From Candidatus Methylomirabilis sp. (GTDB lineage: Bacteria; Methylomirabilota; Methylomirabilia; Methylomirabilales; Methylomirabilaceae): a stretch of 24,722 nucleotides of DNA. The stretch spans positions 1-24,722 of the forward strand of contig JBGQJI010000028.1 of the NCBI GenBank assembly GCA_041498975.1, read 5' to 3'. Shown here piece by piece: positions 1 through 8,483 of this stretch. Position 1 is the stretch's first letter. Each line of letters begins with the position of its first letter. A model generated the notes under the pieces. It made no database searches. It saw nothing but the letters and a program-made list of their open reading frames with translations, and was not told where the DNA came from. Made by a program: the position numbers and the translations under genes.

Positions 1-161
1 GGGACGAAGTGGACCCACTGGATGATCTTCAACGTTTTCTTCGCGGCGTTGGCGCGCCCTGGGATGATGATTGCAGGACCCAGGCCCGCTGCCAGTGCCC
101 CTGCTCCGGCAGCCTTGATGAAATCCCGCCTGGTAATAACCCCCCGCTTCTTTGCGGCCAT
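1..161 (-). CDS. ABC transporter extracellular solute-binding protein with Tat signal (N-terminus only; runs off window)
   Basis: Not in the ORF track. Manual translation from ATG 161: MAAKKRGVITRRDFIKAAGAGALAAGLGPAIIIPGRANAAKKTLKIIQWVHFVP. Shows twin-arginine TRRDFIK, a hydrophobic helix and an ANA cleavage site; AAGGAGG RBS upstream. Confidence 0.85.
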   Translation of the reverse strand, partial: MAAKKRGVITRRDFIKAAGAGALAAGLGPAIIIPGRANAAKKTLKIIQWVHFV

Positions 162-326
162 CTCATACCCTCCTTATTGTGCCGATTCCGACTGCCGGCC
201 GGATCAGTGGCCCTTGGGCCAGAATCCCTCCTCACGATCGCCTGCTTTCGCAGGATTGAGGCTTTCTGCCTATCACATAGCTGATGGAAAAGTCAAGGAA
301 AATCAGGATGCCTTTCCTCTCCGCCC

Positions 327-355
327 TTGACTGGTGTGGATCATTTCGGTAGAGT
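327..355 (+). promoter_or_regulatory. sigma70-like promoter for the AOR gene
   Basis: TTGACT (327-332), 17-nt spacer, TAGAGT (350-355), 25 nt before ATG 381. Confidence 0.55.
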
Positions 356-380
356 TCTTAAGAAGATCGAGGGGCCGTGT

Positions 381-2219
381 ATGCTCGGATATGGTGGAAG
401 GATCCTTTTCGTTGATCTAACCTCTAGGATGACTCGGACAGAGTTGTTCGATGAGGCATTCGCCCGTCTTTATCTCGGCGGCAACGGTTTCGCCGCCAAG
501 CTCCTCTACGATCGCCTTCGCCCAGGGATCGACCCTTTCGACTCCGAGAACCTCGTCGTCTTTGCCGTCGGTCCCATCACCGACACGACGGTCGTCGGCA
601 ACAGCCGTGCCTGCGTGGCATCCAAGTCGCCTCTCACCGGTCTCTTCTTCGACTCGACGTTTGGTGGTCGCTTCCCGGCCACGATGAAGCGGACCGGCTT
701 CGACGCCATCGCCATATCTGGCAGGGCAGATCGGCCCGTCTACCTCCTGGTGGACGAGGTCGGCGCCTGCATAAAGCCTGCGTCTCATCTCTGGGGAAAG
801 ACGACGATAGAGGCGGTCCAAGCCATCCAGGCGGCAGAGGGTCCGGAGGCCGACGCGATTGCCATCGGCCCTGCCGGCGAGCACCTGGTACGCTTCGCGG
901 CTATCGCTCACTACTGGAAGAATCGGGAGGGGCTGTCGGGCCGTGGCGGAATTGGGGCGGTCATGGGCGCCAAACGCCTGAAGGCGGTGGCGGTGAGGGG
1001 AGGGCGGAAGACCGAAGTGGCGGACCCCGCCGGGCTCAGGGCTCTCCTCTCCGAGAGCCACCAGCCGCTGAAGACCGGGACCGCCGCCTTGGCCGCCTAC
1101 GGCACTCCCTTTCTGGTGAACGCGACCAACGCGATCGGAGCCCTCGGCACCCACAACGAACGGGCGGAGGTATGCGAAGGGGCCTATGAGATCAGCGCAG
1201 AACGGTTCAAGGAGGTTTACTTCAAGAAGGATACGACGTGCCTGAAATGCTCTGTCGCCTGCGGCAAGACCTACCAAGTGCAGGAGGGAGAGTTCGCGGG
1301 GACGATTGCGAAAATGCCGGAGTTCGAGACGATCTTCGCACTGGGCACGATGACGGGGAACCTCCATGCCGCCTCCCTGATCAAGTTGAATGAGATGTGT
1401 GATTACCTGGGCATGGACACCATCACCTTGGGCGTGACCTTTGCCTTTGTCTGCGAGGCGATCGAGGCGGGACTGATCTCGGAGTCCGAGGTGGGGATGC
1501 CCCTGTCGTTCGGCGATTACCGGGCGATGGTCGAACTGACGAGGCGGACGGCTTACCGGGAAGGGTTCGGCGATCTCCTCGCCGAGGGCTCGGCCCGGAT
1601 CGCGGATCGCCTGGACCCGAAGGCGCGGCGCTTCCTCTACTGTTCCCGGCGGCTGGAGCTGCCCGGCCACTCGGCCCGTGCGCTAAAGGGGATGAGCATC
1701 GGCTACGCCACAGGAACCCGCGGCGGCAGCCACCACGACACCAGGCCGACGATGCAATATGGCAAGGAGTTCGATCGGAGGAGCGTGGAGGGCAAGCCGC
1801 AGTATGCCATCAGGAGCCAGCACTTCACGGCCGTGGACGACTCGCTGGTTCTGTGCCGGTTCACCTCCGAGCGGGGCTTTGGCATGATGCTGAACGAGGC
1901 CTATGCCAGGATGATCGGTACGGTCACCGGCTGGAGCCTCTCCGTGAACGACGTTGAGAGGGTCGGCGAACGGATCTGCAATCTGGAGCGTGCGTTCAAT
2001 GTACGAGAAGGGCTCAGTCGAAAGGACGATACCCTTCCCTACCGCGCCTTGCACGAACCCATTCCCTCGGGTCCCTCCCAGGGGATGTATTGCCCGCCGG
2101 CCGAGCTCAACGCGATGCTTGACGAGTACTACCGTCTTCGCGGCTGGTCGCGCGACGGGATTCCCACGCCCGAAAAGCTTCGGGAGCTTGATCTGACCTT
2201 TGCGATCGCCTCCATATGA
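381..2219 (+). CDS. aor: Aldehyde:ferredoxin oxidoreductase family (W/Mo-pterin, 4Fe-4S) protein
   Basis: GYGGRILFVDL N-terminus, SKSPLTG, GRGGIGAVMGAKRLKA, CxxCxxxC (CLKCSVAC), EFET, CDYLGMDTI, DSLVLCRF and EYYRLRGW motifs. Start moved to ATG 381 after a GAGGGG RBS. Confidence 0.93.
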   Translation: MLGYGGRILFVDLTSRMTRTELFDEAFARLYLGGNGFAAKLLYDRLRPGIDPFDSENLVVFAVGPITDTTVVGNSRACVASKSPLTGLFFDSTFGGRFPATMKRTGFDAIAISGRADRPVYLLVDEVGACIKPASHLWGKTTIEAVQAIQAAEGPEADAIAIGPAGEHLVRFAAIAHYWKNREGLSGRGGIGAVMGAKRLKAVAVRGGRKTEVADPAGLRALLSESHQPLKTGTAALAAYGTPFLVNATNAIGALGTHNERAEVCEGAYEISAERFKEVYFKKDTTCLKCSVACGKTYQVQEGEFAGTIAKMPEFETIFALGTMTGNLHAASLIKLNEMCDYLGMDTITLGVTFAFVCEAIEAGLISESEVGMPLSFGDYRAMVELTRRTAYREGFGDLLAEGSARIADRLDPKARRFLYCSRRLELPGHSARALKGMSIGYATGTRGGSHHDTRPTMQYGKEFDRRSVEGKPQYAIRSQHFTAVDDSLVLCRFTSERGFGMMLNEAYARMIGTVTGWSLSVNDVERVGERICNLERAFNVREGLSRKDDTLPYRALHEPIPSGPSQGMYCPPAELNAMLDEYYRLRGWSRDGIPTPEKLRELDLTFAIASI

Positions 2220-2319
2220 GGTCATGTGCAGACCAAGACTTTGTCGCTCACCGGCTCTCCAGGAGCCAACTCATTCCTACTAGTCTTTCGAATTGATTTT
2301 CACTTCGAGCGGATAGGAC

Positions 2320-3075
2320 ATGCGATCACATAGATACTACCTCCAGGGGTCCTTTGCCCTGGTCTTGCTCCTCTCCGTCTTTCTGCTCGCCGCCGGCGCA
2401 GCACACCTCGGCCTCTCGCCCGAAGAAGGATTGATCGGGTGGCTGGGCGTCTCAATCCAGGACATCGGTGAGGAGCTTGCCGAGAGGCTCGCGGCCACGT
2501 TCGGGGTGGAAAGCGGCACGGGGGTTTTGGTGGTGGAGGCGATCCGGGGGGGCCCGGCCGAAGCGGGCGGTCTGAAGCCCAACGATGTAATCGTGAAGCT
2601 GGATACTCAGCCGATTTGGGAGGTTCGCCAGCTTCAGAAGATCATCCGCAGCAGCGCGCTTGGGCGGATGGTCCGGCTGACCGTGCTCCGGGAAAAGGAG
2701 CGGGTGCAGGTTTCGGTCGCCATCGGCCAGATGCCGGAGGAAATGATGGCTCAGTTGGCCGGGGAGCGCCTCGGCTTCATCGCCCGAGCCCGACCCGTCG
2801 CCTCGCAAGAGAAGGAGCTTGCGGGAAAACCGGAGGAGGAGGTGCGGGTGATGTTTGTGGAGCCAGGTTCACCAGCGGCTCAAGCAGGCCTGAGGCCACA
2901 GGATCTCGTGGTCAGGATCGGCGACCGTGACATCCATTCTCTTGAAAAGATGGGAAGGGCATTGAAGTTGGGAAAGGCCGGGGATCGGCTGAGCATCCAG
3001 ATCGCCCGGGATGGCGAACGTCATGTCTTCTCGCTGCAAGTCCCTCCCACTGACGACATGCCCGAGTTTCGCTGA
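2320..3075 (+). CDS. Exported or membrane-anchored tandem PDZ-domain protein (HtrA-type PDZ1+PDZ2, no protease domain)
   Basis: Hydrophobic N-terminus, then GWLGVSIQD..GVLVVE..GGPAEAGGLKPNDVI and LGFIA..VEPGSPAAQAGLRPQDLV. Confidence 0.85.
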   Translation: MRSHRYYLQGSFALVLLLSVFLLAAGAAHLGLSPEEGLIGWLGVSIQDIGEELAERLAATFGVESGTGVLVVEAIRGGPAEAGGLKPNDVIVKLDTQPIWEVRQLQKIIRSSALGRMVRLTVLREKERVQVSVAIGQMPEEMMAQLAGERLGFIARARPVASQEKELAGKPEEEVRVMFVEPGSPAAQAGLRPQDLVVRIGDRDIHSLEKMGRALKLGKAGDRLSIQIARDGERHVFSLQVPPTDDMPEFR

Positions 3076-3122
3076 CATCGCGCCATGTCTGAGAAGCATG
3101 GTTGCGCCGGCTGAAGCCGGGA

Positions 3123-3683
3123 CTAATCTTCCTCCACGAGGACGAACTGTTCTCTGGGCGCGCGGCAGCTCGGGCAATGGGCGGGCGGCTGGTCGCCGGG
3201 GGCGTGATGGCCGCAGCTCATGCACTTCCAGACAATGGCCATCCCGCTGCTGACAGGGGACTTGTACTGGATCATGGTGTCCAGCATTCTGATGGCGCTG
3301 CTTTTTACGGTGATTTCCGCCAGAAGCAGGTCCCGCATGGAGACGACGCCGAGCAGGCGATCCTGATCGACAACCGGCAGGTGACGGCAGTTGCAGTCCT
3401 TCATCTTTTCCAACGCCGCCTCATAGTTTTCATCCGCCTCGGCCACCACCAGCTCTTTCGTCATCACCTCCCCAACCCTCGTCGTCGCGGGGTCAAGACC
3501 GTGCGCCACTACCCGTGTGAGGAGATCCCGCTCGGTAAAAATCCCGACCAGTCGCCCCTTCTCCAGGACCGGCACCGCTCCGACCTCTTTGGTGGTCATG
3601 TACTGCGCTGCCTGCCGCACGGTGAGATCGGGTGCCGTATAAAACACCCCCTCCCCGCGAAGGAAATCCCTGACCCGTTTCAT
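3123..3683 (-). CDS. CBS-pair protein with C-terminal rubredoxin-like domain
   Basis: Two CBS repeats (GAVPVLEKGRLVGIFTERD; RHLPVVDQDRLLGVVSMRD) followed by WKCMSCGH..PPAHCPSCRAPREQF. GGAGGAGG RBS before ATG 3683. Confidence 0.88.
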   Translation of the reverse strand: MKRVRDFLRGEGVFYTAPDLTVRQAAQYMTTKEVGAVPVLEKGRLVGIFTERDLLTRVVAHGLDPATTRVGEVMTKELVVAEADENYEAALEKMKDCNCRHLPVVDQDRLLGVVSMRDLLLAEITVKSSAIRMLDTMIQYKSPVSSGMAIVWKCMSCGHHAPGDQPPAHCPSCRAPREQFVLVEED

Positions 3684-3738
3684 CGTCCCTCCTCCCACGC
3701 CTCTCGTGCGGGCATACGCCGGTCGCGTTTGTGCCGGG

Positions 3739-3768
3739 ACACTATCGCCCTCCTGCCGGTCTTGTCAA
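3739..3768 (-). promoter_or_regulatory. sigma70-like promoter for the CBS-rubredoxin gene
   Basis: Minus strand: TTGACA (3768-3763), 18-nt spacer, TAGTGT (3744-3739). Confidence 0.5.
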
Positions 3769-3880
3769 GTGGGAAAGTGGCGCCGATTATCAGGTCAGAG
3801 GGGGCAGAGGCGCGAAGAGCTATCAGGAAGCAAAAGAAGGAACAACGGCGGGCGAGAGATGCGACCCTGGCACGCGTCTA

Positions 3881-4051
3881 GTGCCGTTCCAACTACTTTC
3901 CCCAGATTGGTGAGGCCAGGGAGAGGGATAGTTCTTAGCGGGGCTCCTGTCGCCGATTAGTGCCGTTCCAACTATTTGGGCAAAACGGTATTTCAGCGAT
4001 TGGCCGAAACGAGTTGGAACGGCATTAGCCATAACAAGTTTGGAGCGGCGC
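3881..4051. mobile_element. MITE copy A (~103 bp, interrupted by a nested MITE)
   Basis: Ends are GTGCCGTTCCAACT and AGTTTGGAGCGGCGC, with TA on both sides (3879-3880, 4052-4053). After removing the insert it aligns by hand at ~80% to the reverse complement of 4919-5020. Confidence 0.8.
3960..4025. mobile_element. Nested 66-bp MITE with TA target duplication
   Basis: TIRs GTGCCGTTCCAACT / AGTTGGAACGGCAT (13/14 match); TA at 3958-3959 and 4026-4027. The homologous site in copy B is empty and has a single TA. Confidence 0.85.
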
Positions 4052-4836
4052 TAGGGTCGATGCGCAAGGAGGATCGCGAGCATCCAGGAGAAGCGGATCT
4101 CCTCTCCATCGAGCTGGATCTGGAAAGCATTACGGATGCCGGAAGGCGCGGTGAGGAACCGTTCTCGTAGGACCGCGACAGTAGCCGGATCGTTCCCTGA
4201 GGTGCGGACCCAGTCGGAGAATGTGAGGCGGGAACGATGGTCGGTGTTCAGCCCGTCCACGAGGAATCCCGCCGTCTCCGTCATGCGCAACCATTCGGTG
4301 GGGGAGTAGTTGCACACGTGGGAAGCATCTCGGGTTCGTTCCGTTTCCTGCTGCCAGGCGAAAGCCTCGGGATCTTCCGGGGACGAGCTGTCGCACAGCA
4401 CAAGCCTTCCCCTCGATATCAAGACCCGCCGCATCTCCGCGAGGAAGCGGTCGACGCTGCCGAAGTGATGGGGGGCCAAACGACACGTTGCGATATCGAA
4501 GATCTCGTCACGGAACGGAAGCGCCTCGGCCTCGGTCTGGGTGAAGAGGAGATTGGTGAGCCCCCGGTCGGCGGCCAGGCGGCGGGCCTGGGTGAGCATG
4601 TTGGCCGTCAGATCGGTCGCCACCACCCGCCGGGCCCTGGCAGCGAAGGCGAACGCAGTGAACCCCGCCCCCGTCGCGACATCCAGCACCAGGTCCGACC
4701 GCCTCGGCTCGGCCCACTGGACCATCAGTTCCAGGCTATCCCCAAGGGCGTGCGGTCGGCTGGTGGCGTAGCGCTCGGCCTGGCGATCGAACTGGGCCCT
4801 GGCTTTCTCTCTGATATCCCGTTCCATCAATGACAT
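4051..4836 (-). CDS. Class I SAM-dependent methyltransferase (UbiE/Methyltransf_11-like)
   Basis: VLDVATGAGFTA motif I, AEALPFRDEIFD, CRLAPHHF and EMRRVL..GRL motifs. Start may be 4836 or 4827. Confidence 0.88.
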   Translation of the reverse strand: MSLMERDIREKARAQFDRQAERYATSRPHALGDSLELMVQWAEPRRSDLVLDVATGAGFTAFAFAARARRVVATDLTANMLTQARRLAADRGLTNLLFTQTEAEALPFRDEIFDIATCRLAPHHFGSVDRFLAEMRRVLISRGRLVLCDSSSPEDPEAFAWQQETERTRDASHVCNYSPTEWLRMTETAGFLVDGLNTDHRSRLTFSDWVRTSGNDPATVAVLRERFLTAPSGIRNAFQIQLDGEEIRFSWMLAILLAHRP

Positions 4837-4918
4837 CTTACCACCACCTTGCGTCTGAAACAACGCAGACCGCAGGGCCTGGATGGCTTAGACACTCTCG
4901 GGAAGGTGTGATAGACTA

Positions 4919-5020
4919 GTGCCGTTTCAACTTGTTGCGGCTAATCGCCGACAGGAGCCCTGCTAAGAACTAATGCTTTCCCTAGTTTCACCATTTTGGC
5001 TTTAGTAGTTGGAGCGGCAC
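4919..5020. mobile_element. MITE copy B (102 bp), inverted relative to copy A
   Basis: Ends are GTGCCGTTTCAACT and AGTTGGAGCGGCAC. Left flank is TA (within CTAG), right flank is CA. The internal sequence is homologous to copy A. Confidence 0.8.
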
Positions 5021-5047
5021 CACTGGAAAACTTTCGCAAGGGGAAAA

Positions 5048-5830
5048 ATGGGGATCGACGTCATTCGTGAGGTGGCGCTGCGGGCCGCAAAGGAGGCGGG
5101 GGCGATCATCCGCCAGGGGCTGGAGCAGAGGCGAACCATCGAATACAAGGGTGTGAAGAACATCGTGACCGACGTCGATCGGCGCTCGGAGGAGGCGATC
5201 GCTGCGCTCGTCCGGCGGGAGCTTCCTGGGCACAGCCTCGTGTCGGAGGAGGGGACCCGGCTACAAGGCGACTCGGGGTACCGCTGGTTCGTCGATCCAC
5301 TGGACGGCACCACGAACTACGCCCACGGCTACCCCTGCTTCTCCGTGTCGATCGGCGTGGAGAAGGATGGTGAACCAATTCTTGGAGTGGTTTACGATCC
5401 GACCCTGGAGGAGTTGTTCACGGCCGAGGGGGGTGGGGGGGCTTTTTTGAATGGAAAGCGCCTTCAAGTCTCCGCGATCTCCGGACTGTCAGATGCCCTG
5501 CTGGCCACCGGCTTTCCGCCAGATGTGGCCACCGCCGAGGAAAACAACCTGGATCACTTCGCCGATTTCATGAAGCGGGCTCAGGCTGTGCGCCGCCCCG
5601 GCTCGGCCGCCCTCGACCTTTGTTATGTGGCCGCCGGGCGGTTCGATGGTTTCTGGGAGCTCCGGCTGAGCCCGTGGGACGTGGCAGCCGGCTCGCTCAT
5701 GGTCACGGAGGCGGGAGGCCGGGTGACCGACCTTTCCGGTCAGCCTCTTGAACTCTCAAAGCCCCGGATCGTGGCCAGCAATGGCCTGATCCATGATGAG
5801 ATGCTCCGCCTTCTGGCCAGGAAGACCTGA
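5048..5830 (+). CDS. suhB: Inositol monophosphatase family protein
   Basis: VTDVD, SEE, WFVDPLDGTTNYAHG, RRPGSAALDLCYVAAGRFDGFWE and PWDVAAG motifs. Start set to ATG 5048 because the longer ORF start lies inside MITE B. Confidence 0.92.
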   Translation: MGIDVIREVALRAAKEAGAIIRQGLEQRRTIEYKGVKNIVTDVDRRSEEAIAALVRRELPGHSLVSEEGTRLQGDSGYRWFVDPLDGTTNYAHGYPCFSVSIGVEKDGEPILGVVYDPTLEELFTAEGGGGAFLNGKRLQVSAISGLSDALLATGFPPDVATAEENNLDHFADFMKRAQAVRRPGSAALDLCYVAAGRFDGFWELRLSPWDVAAGSLMVTEAGGRVTDLSGQPLELSKPRIVASNGLIHDEMLRLLARKT

Positions 5831-5902
5831 CCCCTCGCTTTTCTCTTTCCCGCTGATCCGGAATCGCACGCGCGCTGAGCCATCCGCCGTTCCCCTTCGT
5901 GC

Positions 5903-6727
5903 TTACTGACCCCTGCGAGGGAGCGGCTGTTTCAGGATCCCGAGCCGACACAGGGCAAAGTCGTATTTCACCGGGTCTTCGGGATCGAAGACACGGAGCC
6001 GCCGCGTCACCTCCTTGGCCATCCGCCAGTTGGCCTGCTTGATCCTTGTCAGGCCCAGCCGCCGCGCGATCCTGGCCACGTGCGTGTCGAGCGGGACGAT
6101 CAACTGCGCCGGAGACACCTCGGTCCAGATCCCGAAATCGATCTCGTCCCCCCGTCGCACCATCCAGCGCAGGAACAGGTTGAGGCGCTTGCAGGCGCTT
6201 CCCTGGGCGGGCGACGGAAAGAAGAAGCGCACACCAGCCTTCGCAGGAATTGTTCCCGAGGGATAGAAGGGCGAGACGTCGAGAGCAAGCGTCCGCTCAA
6301 CGAAGCTCGTCAGGGCGGGCCCGATGTCCTCGTGACCGGGATCATACCCCTCTACAAAGAAGGCCTGGAGAGAGCCCTTCGCCTCTATCGCCCGATGGAG
6401 GAGATAACAGAGCAGGGCGAGGTCAAACCCCGAGTTGAAGCGGTGGACGAAGTGTCGGAACCGGGCCGCGTCCCGAGCAGGATCGAATTGCCGGATGAAT
6501 CTGGCCGGGCTGGCTCCCATCGCTTCGAGCGCAGCCTCGGCACTGCGGTGGATCTGCTTGACGTTGCCGTAGGCGAGGGAGGCGACCACGAACCCGGCGA
6601 CCTCGCGGTCTTCCGGGCGGCCATATCGGTGGGGAACGCTGAGGGCGCTTGTGGAGAGGAAGTCGCGTCGGCCGTAGCGGCGGTAGAGGTCATCGAGGAG
6701 CTGCTTGAGCTGCGCTCGGGAGCGCAC
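5903..6727 (-). CDS. TIGR02757/DUF2400-like protein of unknown function
   Basis: EDREVAG..LAYG.VKQI, SACKRLNLFLRWMVR, DFGIW, LIVPLDTHVARIA..LGL and DPEDPVKYDFAL motifs. Confidence 0.88.
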   Translation of the reverse strand: MRSRAQLKQLLDDLYRRYGRRDFLSTSALSVPHRYGRPEDREVAGFVVASLAYGNVKQIHRSAEAALEAMGASPARFIRQFDPARDAARFRHFVHRFNSGFDLALLCYLLHRAIEAKGSLQAFFVEGYDPGHEDIGPALTSFVERTLALDVSPFYPSGTIPAKAGVRFFFPSPAQGSACKRLNLFLRWMVRRGDEIDFGIWTEVSPAQLIVPLDTHVARIARRLGLTRIKQANWRMAKEVTRRLRVFDPEDPVKYDFALCRLGILKQPLPRRGQ

Positions 6728-6774
6728 GGCTCAGCGTCCTCCCATGGAAGCGGAAGGGGATGCGGAGGGGTGGC

Positions 6775-7305
6775 TCACTCCTTACCGTTCAGATCCTTTG
6801 CCTGGAAACCGATGGCATACGGGCAGTGAATCGGCGCGCGTTCGATAGTACCATTCGCCTTGTGGTATCCAGCAATCCGGATATTATACCCATTGATGCC
6901 CCCGGAGACGCCGCCGCCTCGCACGTAGTTCCATCTCTGCTGCCTGCCCGAATCGTTGATAGCCACCACGATGGCGACATTCCCATCTTTGAAGAACTTC
7001 CGATCCACCCCACTCAGGATGGTGGTGGCCCTGACGGTGCCGTACATCGGATGAGAGTGATAATCCCCTACGCACTCCCAGCGCGAGGTGGTCCTGACGG
7101 CCTGCTCCACCCGCTGGCTGCGCATGAGATCCACGTGCACCTCGCGGAACTTCCGGTTCGCCGTCTGGTAGGGAACCACGAAATCCACGAGGACTCGTTC
7201 GGGCGTGCTCTGGCCGAGCAGGACCCCGAAACATTCTTTCCGATACACCTCAATCGTCGAGACCAGCAGTCCGACAAAGGCGTTCTCGCTCAGATAAATG
7301 TCCAT
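6775..7305 (-). CDS. JAB/MPN+ (JAMM) metallo-isopeptidase domain protein
   Basis: Catalytic Glu in KECFGVLLG; VGDYHSHP followed by LSGVD gives the H-x-H...S-x-x-D motif. Confidence 0.85.
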   Translation of the reverse strand: MDIYLSENAFVGLLVSTIEVYRKECFGVLLGQSTPERVLVDFVVPYQTANRKFREVHVDLMRSQRVEQAVRTTSRWECVGDYHSHPMYGTVRATTILSGVDRKFFKDGNVAIVVAINDSGRQQRWNYVRGGGVSGGINGYNIRIAGYHKANGTIERAPIHCPYAIGFQAKDLNGKE

Positions 7306-7997
7306 GGATATTGACCACCATTGATGATGTCTAGGAAGTGCCGCCTGCGTTGGAAAATGTTTTCATCGGCGGCCCGTGCCCCTCTCGTCTTATGGTAGAT
7401 CCGCTGATGAGGAAACGGAACAGCGGCCGGGCCTTCACTCACCTCGACTGTGATGCTCGCGATCAGGATCTGGACCGAAGCGTCCCTCCTGCGATGAAGC
7501 TACTCCCGGAGTGGAGCGATGCTTGTCGCTGGTGGCGTCGTCCCGGATGATCGTTTGTGAAGATGCGTTCGCGCGAGGAAGAACAGCTTGGAGCCCACCG
7601 CCCGAGAACGAAGGTTCGGTTGAGTGAGAGCGACCGCAGCAGACAATACACTCGCGGGCCGCATCCTTAGAATAGTCCTCCTATCGGAGCGAGGCAAGCC
7701 TAAAAAGTAGGCAATATACTCCAAGCTTATGGGGCTCGCCAGACACAAGAAGCGCGAACCTGAAGGTTCACCATCTTATCCTTTTCGATACAGCCTCCCA
7801 CGCTGTTCCAGGCTCCGCTAGGCCGTTCCACTCGACATGACTGCTATAAATATCAATTATTTCATATGGTTATGATCATAGCTGATGCCTCATCTGTCCA
7901 GGTGAGCTGTGGCATGGTACCTGCTCATTGGAAGAACAGGAGAACCTGGTCGAGGTGATGGGACCTAACGCGGAAGCACTGATACAGGAGGAGCAAG

Positions 7998-8201
7998 ATG
8001 GAAGGGTCAGAAGTGCGAGAGGTGTGGGGACAGCCATCCCACGTGATAGCCACGGCTTCTCGGGCGTACAAGTTGGCGAGGAAGCTCGGGCGACAGCGAG
8101 AGGCTGCGACGAAGATCCGAGAGGCATTCGTCAAGACCTATGGGGATCTGCGCGGGGAGTGCTTTTACAGCATCTGGCTTGAGTGGACGGATGAACCCTG
8201 A
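7998..8201 (+). CDS. Small hypothetical protein (67 aa)
   Basis: Strong AGGAGGAG RBS just before the ATG; no recognisable family. Confidence 0.4.
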   Translation: MEGSEVREVWGQPSHVIATASRAYKLARKLGRQREAATKIREAFVKTYGDLRGECFYSIWLEWTDEP

Positions 8202-8453
8202 GGCACTCGTTTCACTGCGTGCCCACAATTGCACTGTGAATTGGCCCAATGGTTGGTTACCAGCTCAAGGGAAGTTCGGAGGTGACCTGCCACTGTGTTG
8301 GTTCGACAGTGGTTCGCTTCATGACCTCTCTCGCTCAACGAACTCCACCATTTTGGAAGAGGCACCGAACCGGCGCTCAAACGCCTCTTTAAGTAGGGAT
8401 AATGCAGAACACGCCGCCGATCATGAAATCTACGAGATATAGTAGGGCTTATC

Positions 8454-8483
8454 TTGACAGACCACATATACTTGTAGTATAAG
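8454..8483 (+). promoter_or_regulatory. sigma70-like promoter for the DNA methyltransferase
   Basis: Perfect TTGACA (8454-8459), with TATAAG at an 18-nt spacer or TAGTAT at a 15-nt spacer. Confidence 0.5.

Noticed and set aside
417..1670. Long antisense or overlapping ORFs (also 14005-15111, 17433-18416, 6080-6829, 3102-3881)
   Set aside because: These are shadow ORFs of high-GC genes whose real frames have clear family motifs.
3879..4053. CRISPR-like reading of the repeated TAGTGCCGTTCCAACTA
   Set aside because: There are only two direct copies plus inverted copies, the spacing is irregular and no cas genes are present. Nested TIR elements explain the pattern fully.
7338..7748. Short ORFs upstream of the JAB gene
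   Set aside because: No recognisable motif in any frame, and the ORFs overlap each other, so none can be supported as a gene.
8330..8445. Group I intron-like R/S words (CTCAACGA.., AGATATAGT)
   Set aside because: P7 complementarity is missing and no interrupted host gene is evident.
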